Below, piece by piece: positions 8,885 to 16,798 of a stretch of 22,899 nt of DNA; position 1 is the first letter of the stretch; each line of letters begins with the position of its first letter. Where the stretch lies: the NCBI GenBank assembly GCA_036444275.1, contig JAZGAD010000011.1, forward strand, positions 1 through 22,899, given 5' to 3'. A model generated the notes under the pieces. That model saw only the letters and a program-made list of their open reading frames with translations. It was not told the DNA's origin and searched no databases. The translations under genes and the position numbers were made by a program. This DNA comes from Candidatus Hydrothermarchaeales archaeon (lineage in GTDB: Archaea > Hydrothermarchaeota > Hydrothermarchaeia > Hydrothermarchaeales > JAZGAD01).

Positions 8885-8916
8885 TAAGTTTCCGTGCGCC
8901 CATCCACAGAAACCTA
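8885..8916 (+). repeat. Dispersed intergenic repeat, copy C (most symmetric copy)
   Basis: TAAGTTTCCGTG-CGCCCATC-CACAGAAACCTA: 12-bp arms matching 10/12 as inverted repeats around an 8-bp asymmetric spacer. Confidence 0.75.
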
Positions 8917-8946
8917 GAAGTCGGTCATTATCCTGAACGGGTCGAC

Positions 8947-9618
8947 CTACTCGACTCCCATCTCGTTGAGGAATGCCATAGCAGCACCGTTTACGTCCTT
9001 GGCGCAGGTTATAGCCCTTCCGACAACGAGGATGTCTGCTTGAGAGGCAAGGGCTTCCTTCACTTTTGGCACTTTGATTCCACCTGCAACTGCCACAGGG
9101 CCTCCGCCTAATGCATCCTTTATTTGAGGAATGTTGCCCCACTGGTGCTCGGCGTCGGTTAGCTCCAGGTCAATGGCCCTATGGAGCTCGACAATATCGG
9201 GCTTGACTCTTAACTGATTTAATACATTGATGGGGTCGTGGAGGCTGATGGTGTCCAACAGCGCCAAGACGCCCACCTTGTGGCATTCCTCGATGAACTC
9301 CTCTTGTGTCTCGATGGGAGCAACACCTGCGAATGCCGCCACATCAGCCTTGGCTTTACCTGCTATCTTGGCCTCTCGTTTTCCTGAGCTGAGTGTCTTC
9401 AAGTCGGCCAGCACCACGGACTCGGGCGTGATTTGGTGGATTTTCTCAATCACCTCCACGCCGTACCTCTTGATCAATGGGGTTCCTGCCTCTATGATAA
9501 TGGCATTATGTCTAGGCAGGGCCCTGATGATGCCCTCGACCCTCCTCCAGTCCGGGATGTCGAAGGCCACCTCTAAGTAGGGTGGGTTCTTCAGTAGGTC
9601 CTTTTTGGATTCCGTCAT
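8947..9618 (-). CDS. hps: Stand-alone 3-hexulose-6-phosphate synthase domain (OMPDC/HUMPS family), duplicate of the Fae-Hps C-terminal domain
   Basis: VAFD, IEAGTPLIK, ADLKTL, ELHRAID, VAGG and VVGRAIT motifs; collinear with residues ~175-380 of the upstream fusion; the ancestral tail continues past the TAG to 8914. Confidence 0.9.
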   Translation of the reverse strand: MTESKKDLLKNPPYLEVAFDIPDWRRVEGIIRALPRHNAIIIEAGTPLIKRYGVEVIEKIHQITPESVVLADLKTLSSGKREAKIAGKAKADVAAFAGVAPIETQEEFIEECHKVGVLALLDTISLHDPINVLNQLRVKPDIVELHRAIDLELTDAEHQWGNIPQIKDALGGGPVAVAGGIKVPKVKEALASQADILVVGRAITCAKDVNGAAMAFLNEMGVE

Positions 9619-9629
9619 TGCCTTTTCCT

Positions 9630-10802
9630 CTAAAAGTCGGTCATTACCCTGAACTGGTCGACCTCATAAACTCCCATCTCGTTGAGGAATGCCATTGCAG
9701 TGCCGTGAACGTTCTTGGCACTGGTGATGGCCTTACCGACCACAAGGATGTCCGCACCCGAAGCCAAGGTTTCCTTGATCTTCGGCACCTCAATCCCGCC
9801 AGCCACGGCCACTAGGGTGTTGCCTCCACAGGCCTTTTTTATCCCCTGAACCAGCTTCTGGTCGGGAATCCCCTGGAGCTCGACGATATTGGGTTTTAAG
9901 CGCAGCTGCTTGATTACTTCCACCGGGTCAGGCAGATTGATGGTGTCCATGAGGGCTAAAGCGCCCACTTTGAGGCACTCTTCTATGAACCTCTCCATGG
10001 TCTTTAGGGGCGCCCGCCCCGAGAATGATATGACATCTGCCGTGGCATCCCCTGCCATTCTGGCCTCCAAGTTCCCGGTATCCAGGGTTTTCATGTCCGC
10101 GATGACTATAGATTCTGGCCTAATCTGATGAATCTTCTGGCAGACCTCCACACCGTACCTCTTGATTAGAGGAGTCCCGGCCTTGATTATGATTGCATCC
10201 TTTCTCGGAAGGGACTTGAGGATGCCCTCAGCCCGCCTCCAGTCATCAGTTTCGAGGGCTACCCCAAGGTACGGGGGCATCGCTAGATTGTTTATCCTGA
10301 ATCCTATCATGTCATGCGTCGACTTATCTTTTTCCTCTAAAACCTTATCGATGCATGGGAACTTATTTATAGCCCGTCTAAGGGCAAGCTTTGTGGCTCC
10401 ATAATTATACCTATATATCCGCTGGTAGTCCTTGGCACGGGGATGGATGAAAACCGAGACGATGACCGCTAGGTCTTCCACTGAGTCTTTGGGGATGACC
10501 CCCTCCTCGACCACATCCACGACTGCCTTCGCCACAGCACTCTGCGCAGGGCCAAATATCCTCTCTGCGCCCTCAAGGTCCTTTATGGTTACCTTTGGCA
10601 CGATGAGCGTAGTTGGCTTAACTGGAAGATTGGGCCGAACCACAGCTAGGATGGGGGTATGTCCCATTCTGGGCTGGGCCAGTGAACTGGCAAACGCTTG
10701 GCCGACAGGTCCATTCTTCTTACCAACAACTAAGTCTATATGAGCGATTTCTGGCATCTCCCCTACAAGGGCCTCCCCTACCAAAAAATCGTTGTCAGTC
10801 AT
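9630..10802 (-). CDS. fae-hps: Formaldehyde-activating enzyme / hexulose-6-phosphate synthase fusion with a degenerate Hps active site
   Basis: Fae domain: GEALVG, AHIDL, GHTP, PKVTI, FGPAQSAVAKAV, YRYNYGAT. Hps domain: DMKTLDTGNLEA, AVAGG and C-terminal DQFRVMTDF. Confidence 0.95.
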   Translation of the reverse strand: MTDNDFLVGEALVGEMPEIAHIDLVVGKKNGPVGQAFASSLAQPRMGHTPILAVVRPNLPVKPTTLIVPKVTIKDLEGAERIFGPAQSAVAKAVVDVVEEGVIPKDSVEDLAVIVSVFIHPRAKDYQRIYRYNYGATKLALRRAINKFPCIDKVLEEKDKSTHDMIGFRINNLAMPPYLGVALETDDWRRAEGILKSLPRKDAIIIKAGTPLIKRYGVEVCQKIHQIRPESIVIADMKTLDTGNLEARMAGDATADVISFSGRAPLKTMERFIEECLKVGALALMDTINLPDPVEVIKQLRLKPNIVELQGIPDQKLVQGIKKACGGNTLVAVAGGIEVPKIKETLASGADILVVGKAITSAKNVHGTAMAFLNEMGVYEVDQFRVMTDF

Positions 10803-11106
10803 AATGGTCTACTCTGTGCTCGTAATTCCTGTCCTTAGCGAATTCGACGAGTTCGCTACTTTCGTGCCATATCCTTATGTGGATAAACCCTTTTCGTTCG
10901 TCAAGGCCCATAATCTCTCTTACAAAAGTAGGAAAATCCGGGGGAAGCGGTTTGTTCTTTCTTATAAGATAATCCAGGTAGTCTTTAAGGAACAGTATCC
11001 TGCCCTCGTTGCCCTTGTCCTTCAATTTTAACTTCAATTTTTTGTGAAATACACTTTCCTGCTCATCAACTTCAGAATTCTTATCCAAATTAATCACCGA
11101 ATTCAA
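10795..11106 (-). CDS. Hypothetical protein overlapping the fae-hps start
   Basis: 103-aa ORF with protein-like composition; its stop overlaps the fae-hps start by 8 bp; TTG start uncertain. Confidence 0.5.
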   Translation of the reverse strand: MNSVINLDKNSEVDEQESVFHKKLKLKLKDKGNEGRILFLKDYLDYLIRKNKPLPPDFPTFVREIMGLDERKGFIHIRIWHESSELVEFAKDRNYEHRVDHYD

Positions 11107-11224
11107 CCATTAACGATTCACTATTTAACATTTTTCTCGTTTAAGCGGTCGATTAGGCTTCCGCTAAATAAATGTCTCTTGGCCTTCGCCATGTTCGAGA
11201 GCTTTTCAATCATAGTAGAAGGTG

Positions 11225-11254
11225 TGATGCGATGGATATTGATGCGATGGATAT
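11225..11254 (+). repeat. Perfect 15-bp tandem duplication
   Basis: TGATGCGATGGATAT at 11225-11239 and again at 11240-11254. Confidence 0.9.
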
Positions 11255-11284
11255 AAATCTTAATAAGTCGAATCTATTTTCATC

Positions 11285-12220
11285 ATGGGAGGCATGGAAG
11301 AGCGAGAACTCATAATAATCGGAGGAGGCCCAGCTGGTCTGACCGCAGGCATCTACGGTGTTAGAGCCGAATTAAGCGTATTGGTACTCGAAGCCCAGGC
11401 CCCAGGTGGGCTGATAGCTACTGCAGGGCTAGTAGAGAATTATCCTGGTTTCCCAGACGGTATTATGGGTATCGATCTAGCTGAGAACATGCGTAAACAA
11501 GCCGAGAACGCAGGTGTAGAGATCCGGAGCTTTGAGGCGGTCCAGAAGCTGGAATACAGAAATAAAGGCTTCTTTATCACCACATCCAAGACAAAGTATA
11601 GGGCAAAGGCGGTGGTAATAGCAACAGGCCTAAGGCATCGGAAGCTGGGGATACCTGGCGAGACGGAGTACTCCGGAAAGGGTGTCAGCTACTGCTTTAC
11701 CTGCGATGGACCGTTATATAAGGGGAAGGAAGTGGTAGTTGTTGGAGGTGGAACAGGAGCGGTGGAGGCGTCGCTCTTCATTGAAAATATTGCTTCAAGG
11801 GTTACAATAGTGACCAAGAGTGATAGAGTAAAAACAGCTGAGGCGATCCTGAAGACACGCCTGGATAAGAGTGGAGTGAATATCTCCCTGCGTACTAAGC
11901 CCATTGAGGTAATTGGAGCTGAGGTCGTGAAAGGTTTAAGGGTCTTGGATTTGGATAGTAACAAGGAGAGAGTTATCGATGCAGATGGAATATTCATCGA
12001 GATAGGCATGAAGCCCAACACCGCCTTTCTAGACGATTTAGGGGTAAAGATGGAGAAAGGATTTGTCGCAGTTGATGAGTACATGCGGACAAACGTAGAA
12101 GGGCTATACGCGGCTGGAGACGTTACTGTTAAGAGTTTAAAACAGCTGGGCATAGCAGTAGCTCAAGGGAGTTTAGCATTACTGGACGCATATAAATACC
12201 TGAAAGGCTTGGATGTCTGA
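11285..12220 (+). CDS. trxB: Thioredoxin reductase-family flavoprotein (low-Mr type) with atypical pyridine-nucleotide site
   Basis: IIGGGPAGLTA, ENYPGF, ATG, SYCFTCDG (CxxC) and GLYAAGD motifs; second Rossmann GGGTGA present but HRR is replaced by TKS. Confidence 0.88.
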   Translation: MGGMEERELIIIGGGPAGLTAGIYGVRAELSVLVLEAQAPGGLIATAGLVENYPGFPDGIMGIDLAENMRKQAENAGVEIRSFEAVQKLEYRNKGFFITTSKTKYRAKAVVIATGLRHRKLGIPGETEYSGKGVSYCFTCDGPLYKGKEVVVVGGGTGAVEASLFIENIASRVTIVTKSDRVKTAEAILKTRLDKSGVNISLRTKPIEVIGAEVVKGLRVLDLDSNKERVIDADGIFIEIGMKPNTAFLDDLGVKMEKGFVAVDEYMRTNVEGLYAAGDVTVKSLKQLGIAVAQGSLALLDAYKYLKGLDV

Positions 12221-12267
12221 ATTCAAACGAAGTTATAACTCCCTTAGATACTTGTAGGAAACATTCA

Positions 12268-13473
12268 CTAGCCCTTAATGATCTTTCTCAATTCTTCCAA
12301 GTCAGGTTCTATCTCTATAGGCGCCTCACGATTTTGGAAAACGATCTCAGGGTCTTTGAGAGCGTGCCCTGTAGCGATACATACTATCCGCTCATCAGGA
12401 TCTATAACACTTCCCAGCAATTTTGTCAGGCTGGCTATGGGTGCTGCTGAAGCTGGCTCCACACCTATTCCCTCCATCTCTGCTAGAAGCCTTTGTGCCT
12501 TCAATATCTCGATATCGGTGACGCTATCAGCATAGCCATCTGATTCTCGTAGGGCGCGCAGTGCTTTTGGAGCATTAACTGGAGCCCCTATCCTAATAGC
12601 AGTGGCTATAGTTTCGGGGTTATCTTGAAGGACCACGTTCCCGCCTTCCTTGAAGGCTTTGGTAACAGGGGAGGCGCCTTCAGCTTGTATTCCCACCATC
12701 TTTGGCAGTGAGTCTATGAATCCTAGGGCATGCAACTCCTTAAAGCCCTTCCAAATAGCGGAGATGTTACCGCAGTTGCCCATTGGAACGACAACTCTAT
12801 CTGGGGCTTGCCAGTCGAGTTGCTCGGCTATCTCAAAAGCCTCTGTCTTTTGGCCCTCCAAGCGCCATGGATTTATTGAATTCATGAGGTAGATCCCGAA
12901 CTTATCGCTGGCTTCTCTCATCAATCGCAAGGCTTCATCGAAGTTTCCCTTGATCCCTACAACCTGTGCTCCATGGAGCATTCCCTGAGCCAGCTTTCCC
13001 TTGGCAATCTTTCCCGCGGGTAAGAGCACGATGCATTTTAATCCAGCTTTCGCTGCATAGGCAGAGAGAGATGCTGAGGTATTGCCGGTTGAAGCGCAGC
13101 CTACTGTGTCGAAGCCGAACTCTAATGCCTTGCTCACTCCAAACGTCATACCCCTGTCCTTGAAGGAGCCCGTAGGGTTCGCTCCTTCGTTCTTTACATA
13201 CAGCTCTTTTGCCCCAACATGTTTCCCGAGTCTTGCCGCTCTATATAAGGGAGTGCCGCCTTCATTTAGGGAGACGATATTCGCATTCTCAGAGATGGGT
13301 AGTAATTCCCGGTACCTCCAGACTCCAAATTCCCTGTCTTTAAAAACCCTCTTATTAACTTTTATTTTGGCTAGATCAAGGAAGACTTCCAGTAGGCCGC
13401 CACATTCGCATGTGACTATTACGTTCTCAGGGGGATATTCACTCTCACACTCTATACACTTCAAACAGAACAT
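12268..13473 (-). CDS. thrC: Threonine synthase
   Basis: N-terminal CxxC..CxC; EGGTPL, NPTGSFKDRG (PLP Lys), CASTGNTSAS, NSINPWRLEGQKT, PMGNCGN and EPASA motifs. Confidence 0.95.
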   Translation of the reverse strand: MFCLKCIECESEYPPENVIVTCECGGLLEVFLDLAKIKVNKRVFKDREFGVWRYRELLPISENANIVSLNEGGTPLYRAARLGKHVGAKELYVKNEGANPTGSFKDRGMTFGVSKALEFGFDTVGCASTGNTSASLSAYAAKAGLKCIVLLPAGKIAKGKLAQGMLHGAQVVGIKGNFDEALRLMREASDKFGIYLMNSINPWRLEGQKTEAFEIAEQLDWQAPDRVVVPMGNCGNISAIWKGFKELHALGFIDSLPKMVGIQAEGASPVTKAFKEGGNVVLQDNPETIATAIRIGAPVNAPKALRALRESDGYADSVTDIEILKAQRLLAEMEGIGVEPASAAPIASLTKLLGSVIDPDERIVCIATGHALKDPEIVFQNREAPIEIEPDLEELRKIIKG

Positions 13474-13487
13474 TCTATCTCACTCAC

Positions 13488-14609
13488 TTAGAGGCTCACC
13501 GATGTCTCGCCCTCATGGATACTCCCTTCCCTGATCACTGATTCATTTATATCCATTATTTTATAATGTTTTGCCAGTATGTTAGGCTTGAACTTTATAG
13601 TTAGATCTCGTAGGGGAAATTCGCTATCTTTCTCTAGAGTTATGAGTAGCGTCTTATCCTTTATATAAGTGGTTGCATAGAGCATCTCCCGGGCCCGCCA
13701 CCACTCTGCTATTTCCTTCAAATTGGTCTTCCATAGATTCTTGTCGTTGGCATACTTCAAGAAGCCTTCCAGAATCTTCAGGCCGTTGCCAGAGTTTAGG
13801 GGTTCGACGTGGGATAGAAGAACGAATACACCTCCATTATCGTAGAATCTATTGAACCTGCGTTTCAAACTTTCCAAGTCGCCCTTACCTATCTTCGAGT
13901 AGCCCCAGAAATAGTCTCCATTAGCGGTGAAATCCAAGAGACTTAAATCCTTTGGGTGATAGGGATAGTAGAGCGACTCGCAGAGCCTTTTGTTTGACGG
14001 CAACATAAGCGGATTGAGCCTGGTTTCAGAGCTGTAGGAGAACTCTTCGGAGTCCAATATCATTAGAGTATCCATGTTGGCTGAAAAACCGGGGGAACGG
14101 AACCCAGCTACGTTGAAGGTAGCCTGCTCCATTATCCTCTTACCCTTTCTTATCCTCCTTTTTTGCTCGCTGTAGGGCAAGTGCCCTAACTCCTTCACCC
14201 GCCGTAAGGTAATTCTTCTAGTCGGAGAACTATGCGTCAAGCCGTGTAATGCTACTTCATGGCCTCTTTTATCGGCATCCTTAAGGAGCTTCACGGTCTC
14301 TGAATCCCGGTTTATTATATTCCTGCCCTTGAAGAAAGGTACGACGAAGAAAACCACCTTTACACCATAGCTTTCTACCAGCTCCAGGATTTTTTTAATC
14401 TTCTCGGGCTTGGTGATTGCATTCACGTCATCACATGTAAGCACCAAAGCTGCCTGATGTCCCCTTGGGTATAGGCTGACCTCAATGTGCTGGTCCTCTA
14501 AAAAGTCTACTGGTGGACCAAGTAGTAGGTCCCGGTAATAATACCTAGTTAAGTAGATAAAGATACTGAATAATGCTGCCAGTATTGCAAAGAACCAAAT
14601 GGAATCCAT
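13488..14609 (-). CDS. Membrane-anchored polysaccharide deacetylase family protein (NodB/CE4-like)
   Basis: N-terminal TM helix; LTCDD, HEVALHGLTH and FRSPGF motifs. Confidence 0.82.
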   Translation of the reverse strand: MDSIWFFAILAALFSIFIYLTRYYYRDLLLGPPVDFLEDQHIEVSLYPRGHQAALVLTCDDVNAITKPEKIKKILELVESYGVKVVFFVVPFFKGRNIINRDSETVKLLKDADKRGHEVALHGLTHSSPTRRITLRRVKELGHLPYSEQKRRIRKGKRIMEQATFNVAGFRSPGFSANMDTLMILDSEEFSYSSETRLNPLMLPSNKRLCESLYYPYHPKDLSLLDFTANGDYFWGYSKIGKGDLESLKRRFNRFYDNGGVFVLLSHVEPLNSGNGLKILEGFLKYANDKNLWKTNLKEIAEWWRAREMLYATTYIKDKTLLITLEKDSEFPLRDLTIKFKPNILAKHYKIMDINESVIREGSIHEGETSVSL

Positions 14610-14658
14610 GCTCTTGGATTGAGCGGTAGAGCATAAATTTTTTTTCTCACAAAAGAAT

Positions 14659-14697
14659 CGAAAGATATATAAGGTTGATATATATCAAATTGATATA
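14659..14697 (+). promoter_or_regulatory. BRE/TATA promoter followed by overlapping inverted-repeat operator(s) for the PadR operon
   Basis: CGAAAG-ATATATAA, then the perfect palindrome TTGATATATATCAA (14675-14688) and TATATCAA-A-TTGATATA (14681-14697). Confidence 0.7.
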
Positions 14698-14698
14698 A

Positions 14699-15223
14699 GT
14701 GGTATATGTGTCTCTTTCACAACTTACGATCCTAGGAGTCTTAATGGAAAAGCCTATGCACGGCTATGAAGTCAAGCAGTACCTTGGGGAAAGAATGGGG
14801 GTCTTCTGGATGATAAACTATGGCTCGATCTATCCGACGTTAAAGGAGCTGGAGAAGCAGGGATGTGTGGCTTGTAAAATGGAGCCTTCTATCCCGACTA
14901 GAAAGGTATATTCAATAACCGAAGAAGGAAAGAAGAGGTTCATTGAACTACTAAAGAAGAGACTGGAAAAGGAGCCGCATGTACGAGATGAGTTCACTCT
15001 GCATTTATTCTTCCTCGACTACTTGAGTGAAAGAGAATCCAGGAGTTTTCTAGAGGCGAAAAAACAGGGAAACAAGAGGATCCTCAAGACTCTCGTGGAG
15101 AAGGGGAAAAAGCTTAAACAAGAGCTTCCACGGTACAGGTACTCAGCTTTAAATAGAGGGATAATGCATATCAAGACCGAGCTGGATTGGCTTGAGAAAG
15201 TCTTAGAAGGAGGTAAAATATGA
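14699..15223 (+). CDS. PadR family transcriptional regulator
   Basis: PMHGYEV, GSIYPTLKELEKQG and RKVYSITEEG motifs; C-terminal helical domain ending ELDWLE. Start could be GTG 14708. Confidence 0.93.
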   Translation: MVYVSLSQLTILGVLMEKPMHGYEVKQYLGERMGVFWMINYGSIYPTLKELEKQGCVACKMEPSIPTRKVYSITEEGKKRFIELLKKRLEKEPHVRDEFTLHLFFLDYLSERESRSFLEAKKQGNKRILKTLVEKGKKLKQELPRYRYSALNRGIMHIKTELDWLEKVLEGGKI

Positions 15224-16764
15224 GGTTTCATATCCTACTGGTGTTATTGGCTGTACTGCCACTTGTTAGCGCTTCTAATGTCGATTTTTACATTACTGGA
15301 GTGCAGCCCCAGCAGTTGGCGCCTGGGGAGAGCACTGTTCTGAATATCACCCTGAAGAATTTGGGGACCGATTATGCGGTATATGTTAAGAGTATTTTGG
15401 ATCCTGCGGGCACTTCTCCCTTAGTAGCGGTTGGTTCAGCGAAGATATACCTAACCAAGAAGGCTGGGGAAGCCACAGTATCAAGTGAATTATTTGGTGT
15501 TATCTCACAGGGGGAGGAGGTTACTGCGCAATACCCCATATTCGTGAATGAAGACGCCACATTTGGAGTTCACAATATCCCTCTCAAGGTGCTTTGGAAA
15601 GATTCGCTTTTAACGGCTGAAGAAGAAACTCTCTATTTTGGTATCAAGATATCAGGGGAAGCAGACCTAGTAATATCTGGAGTAAATAGTTCTCCATCAA
15701 GGATCTTCGCTGATGATGAGTTCACCCTCCTAACGAGCCTTGAGAACATCGGCAAGGATAGTGCAGATTCTGTAAAAGCTGAGCTTCTCATGCCTGAAGA
15801 ATTCTCTGGTGATTCACTAGCGTTTTTAGGCACCATAGGAAAGGATGCCTCTGCAGTCGGAAGATACAACTTGAAGGCAGCAAAAGAAGCAAAGGCAGGT
15901 GCATATGATTTCTCCTTGAGGATTTCCTATCTGGAGGAGGGTATAACGCATGAGGTGGAAAGGGACTTTCAGGTCTTTGTACATGAGTACGGGGAAATCA
16001 CCTTAGCTATAACTGATGTCTCTACTGAGCCCTCTAAAGTCTATCCAGATTCGGACTTCGTATTATCCTTAGGCCTTGAAAACGTGGGCAAACAGGATGC
16101 GAAATCTGTGGAATTAGTCCTTGGGTTGCCTACGGGTGTATCTGGAGAATACAGCTCCTTCCTAGGTACTCTTGCAAAGGAAGGCAAGTCTACGGCGAAG
16201 TTCAATCTAAAGGCGTCTAGGGATATGCTACCAGGGCCCTATGATAGTACGATGAAGATAGGATATGTTGATGAGCGTGGCCTTACTCAGGAGGCAGAAA
16301 AAGATTTCCAGATATTCATCCACAAGCGCGGGGAAGTTAAGCTCGAAATTGCTGGAGTGAGCACTTCTCCGACGAAGATTTATCCTGGTTCTGATTTCAC
16401 GCTTTCTATTCAGCTGGAAAACATTGGTACTCAGGATGCAAAATCTGTCAAAACAGAGATAACACCCCTAAAAGAATTTATCGGGGAATATTCTTCCTTT
16501 ATAGGCAAGATAGAGGAGGATGACGTTTCTTCAGGGATCTTTGACCTTAGACTTGTAAAAGATGCAAAGCCGCAGTCTTACAACATTACAATGAAGGTCA
16601 TATATATCGATGAGAAGGGAGCTGAATTCTCAGATGATATGAAATTTGCACTGTTTGTTGACGAAGCTCCCCAGAGTAACAAAACAACCATCGTCATATC
16701 GATAGTGGTGATAGGTGCTGTAGGCTTTTACCTCTGGAAGAAGAGAAGAGTAGAAGTCGAATAA
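15220..16764 (+). CDS. COG1361-type S-layer-domain protein with four Ig/CARDB-like repeats, signal peptide and C-terminal TM anchor
   Basis: Repeated P.....F.L...LEN.G...AKSV units; C-terminal TM followed by WKKRR; ATGA overlap with PadR. Confidence 0.85.
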   Translation: MRFHILLVLLAVLPLVSASNVDFYITGVQPQQLAPGESTVLNITLKNLGTDYAVYVKSILDPAGTSPLVAVGSAKIYLTKKAGEATVSSELFGVISQGEEVTAQYPIFVNEDATFGVHNIPLKVLWKDSLLTAEEETLYFGIKISGEADLVISGVNSSPSRIFADDEFTLLTSLENIGKDSADSVKAELLMPEEFSGDSLAFLGTIGKDASAVGRYNLKAAKEAKAGAYDFSLRISYLEEGITHEVERDFQVFVHEYGEITLAITDVSTEPSKVYPDSDFVLSLGLENVGKQDAKSVELVLGLPTGVSGEYSSFLGTLAKEGKSTAKFNLKASRDMLPGPYDSTMKIGYVDERGLTQEAEKDFQIFIHKRGEVKLEIAGVSTSPTKIYPGSDFTLSIQLENIGTQDAKSVKTEITPLKEFIGEYSSFIGKIEEDDVSSGIFDLRLVKDAKPQSYNITMKVIYIDEKGAEFSDDMKFALFVDEAPQSNKTTIVISIVVIGAVGFYLWKKRRVEVE

Positions 16765-16798
16765 CTTCCTCTGTCCTTTACCAACTATGGGAGGATAA

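Noticed and set aside
8841-8903. N-terminal extension of the cyclophilin in the ORF track
   Set aside because: The ATG at 8903 comes from the repeat core; the BRE/TATA and signal peptide point to ATG 8840.
5941-8916. The three repeats as a CRISPR array (copy C begins GTTTCCGT and ends GAAAC, like some archaeal CRISPR repeats)
   Set aside because: Copies are 1.3-1.7 kb apart, only about 80% identical and separated by whole genes; no cas genes or leader are present.
5627-9618. The DUF5661-like protein and stand-alone Hps both start MTESKK
   Set aside because: Only six codons, with synonymous differences and no similarity in the flanks; treated as coincidence.
11121-11213. 30-codon minus-strand ORF (MIEKLSNMAKAKR...) upstream of the fae-hps cluster
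   Set aside because: Short, with no SD and no recognisable motif.
2755-12270. Genome-wide reassignment of TAG
   Set aside because: TAG is the evident normal stop of tupB, the DUF5661-like gene, vapB, vapC, fae-hps and thrC.
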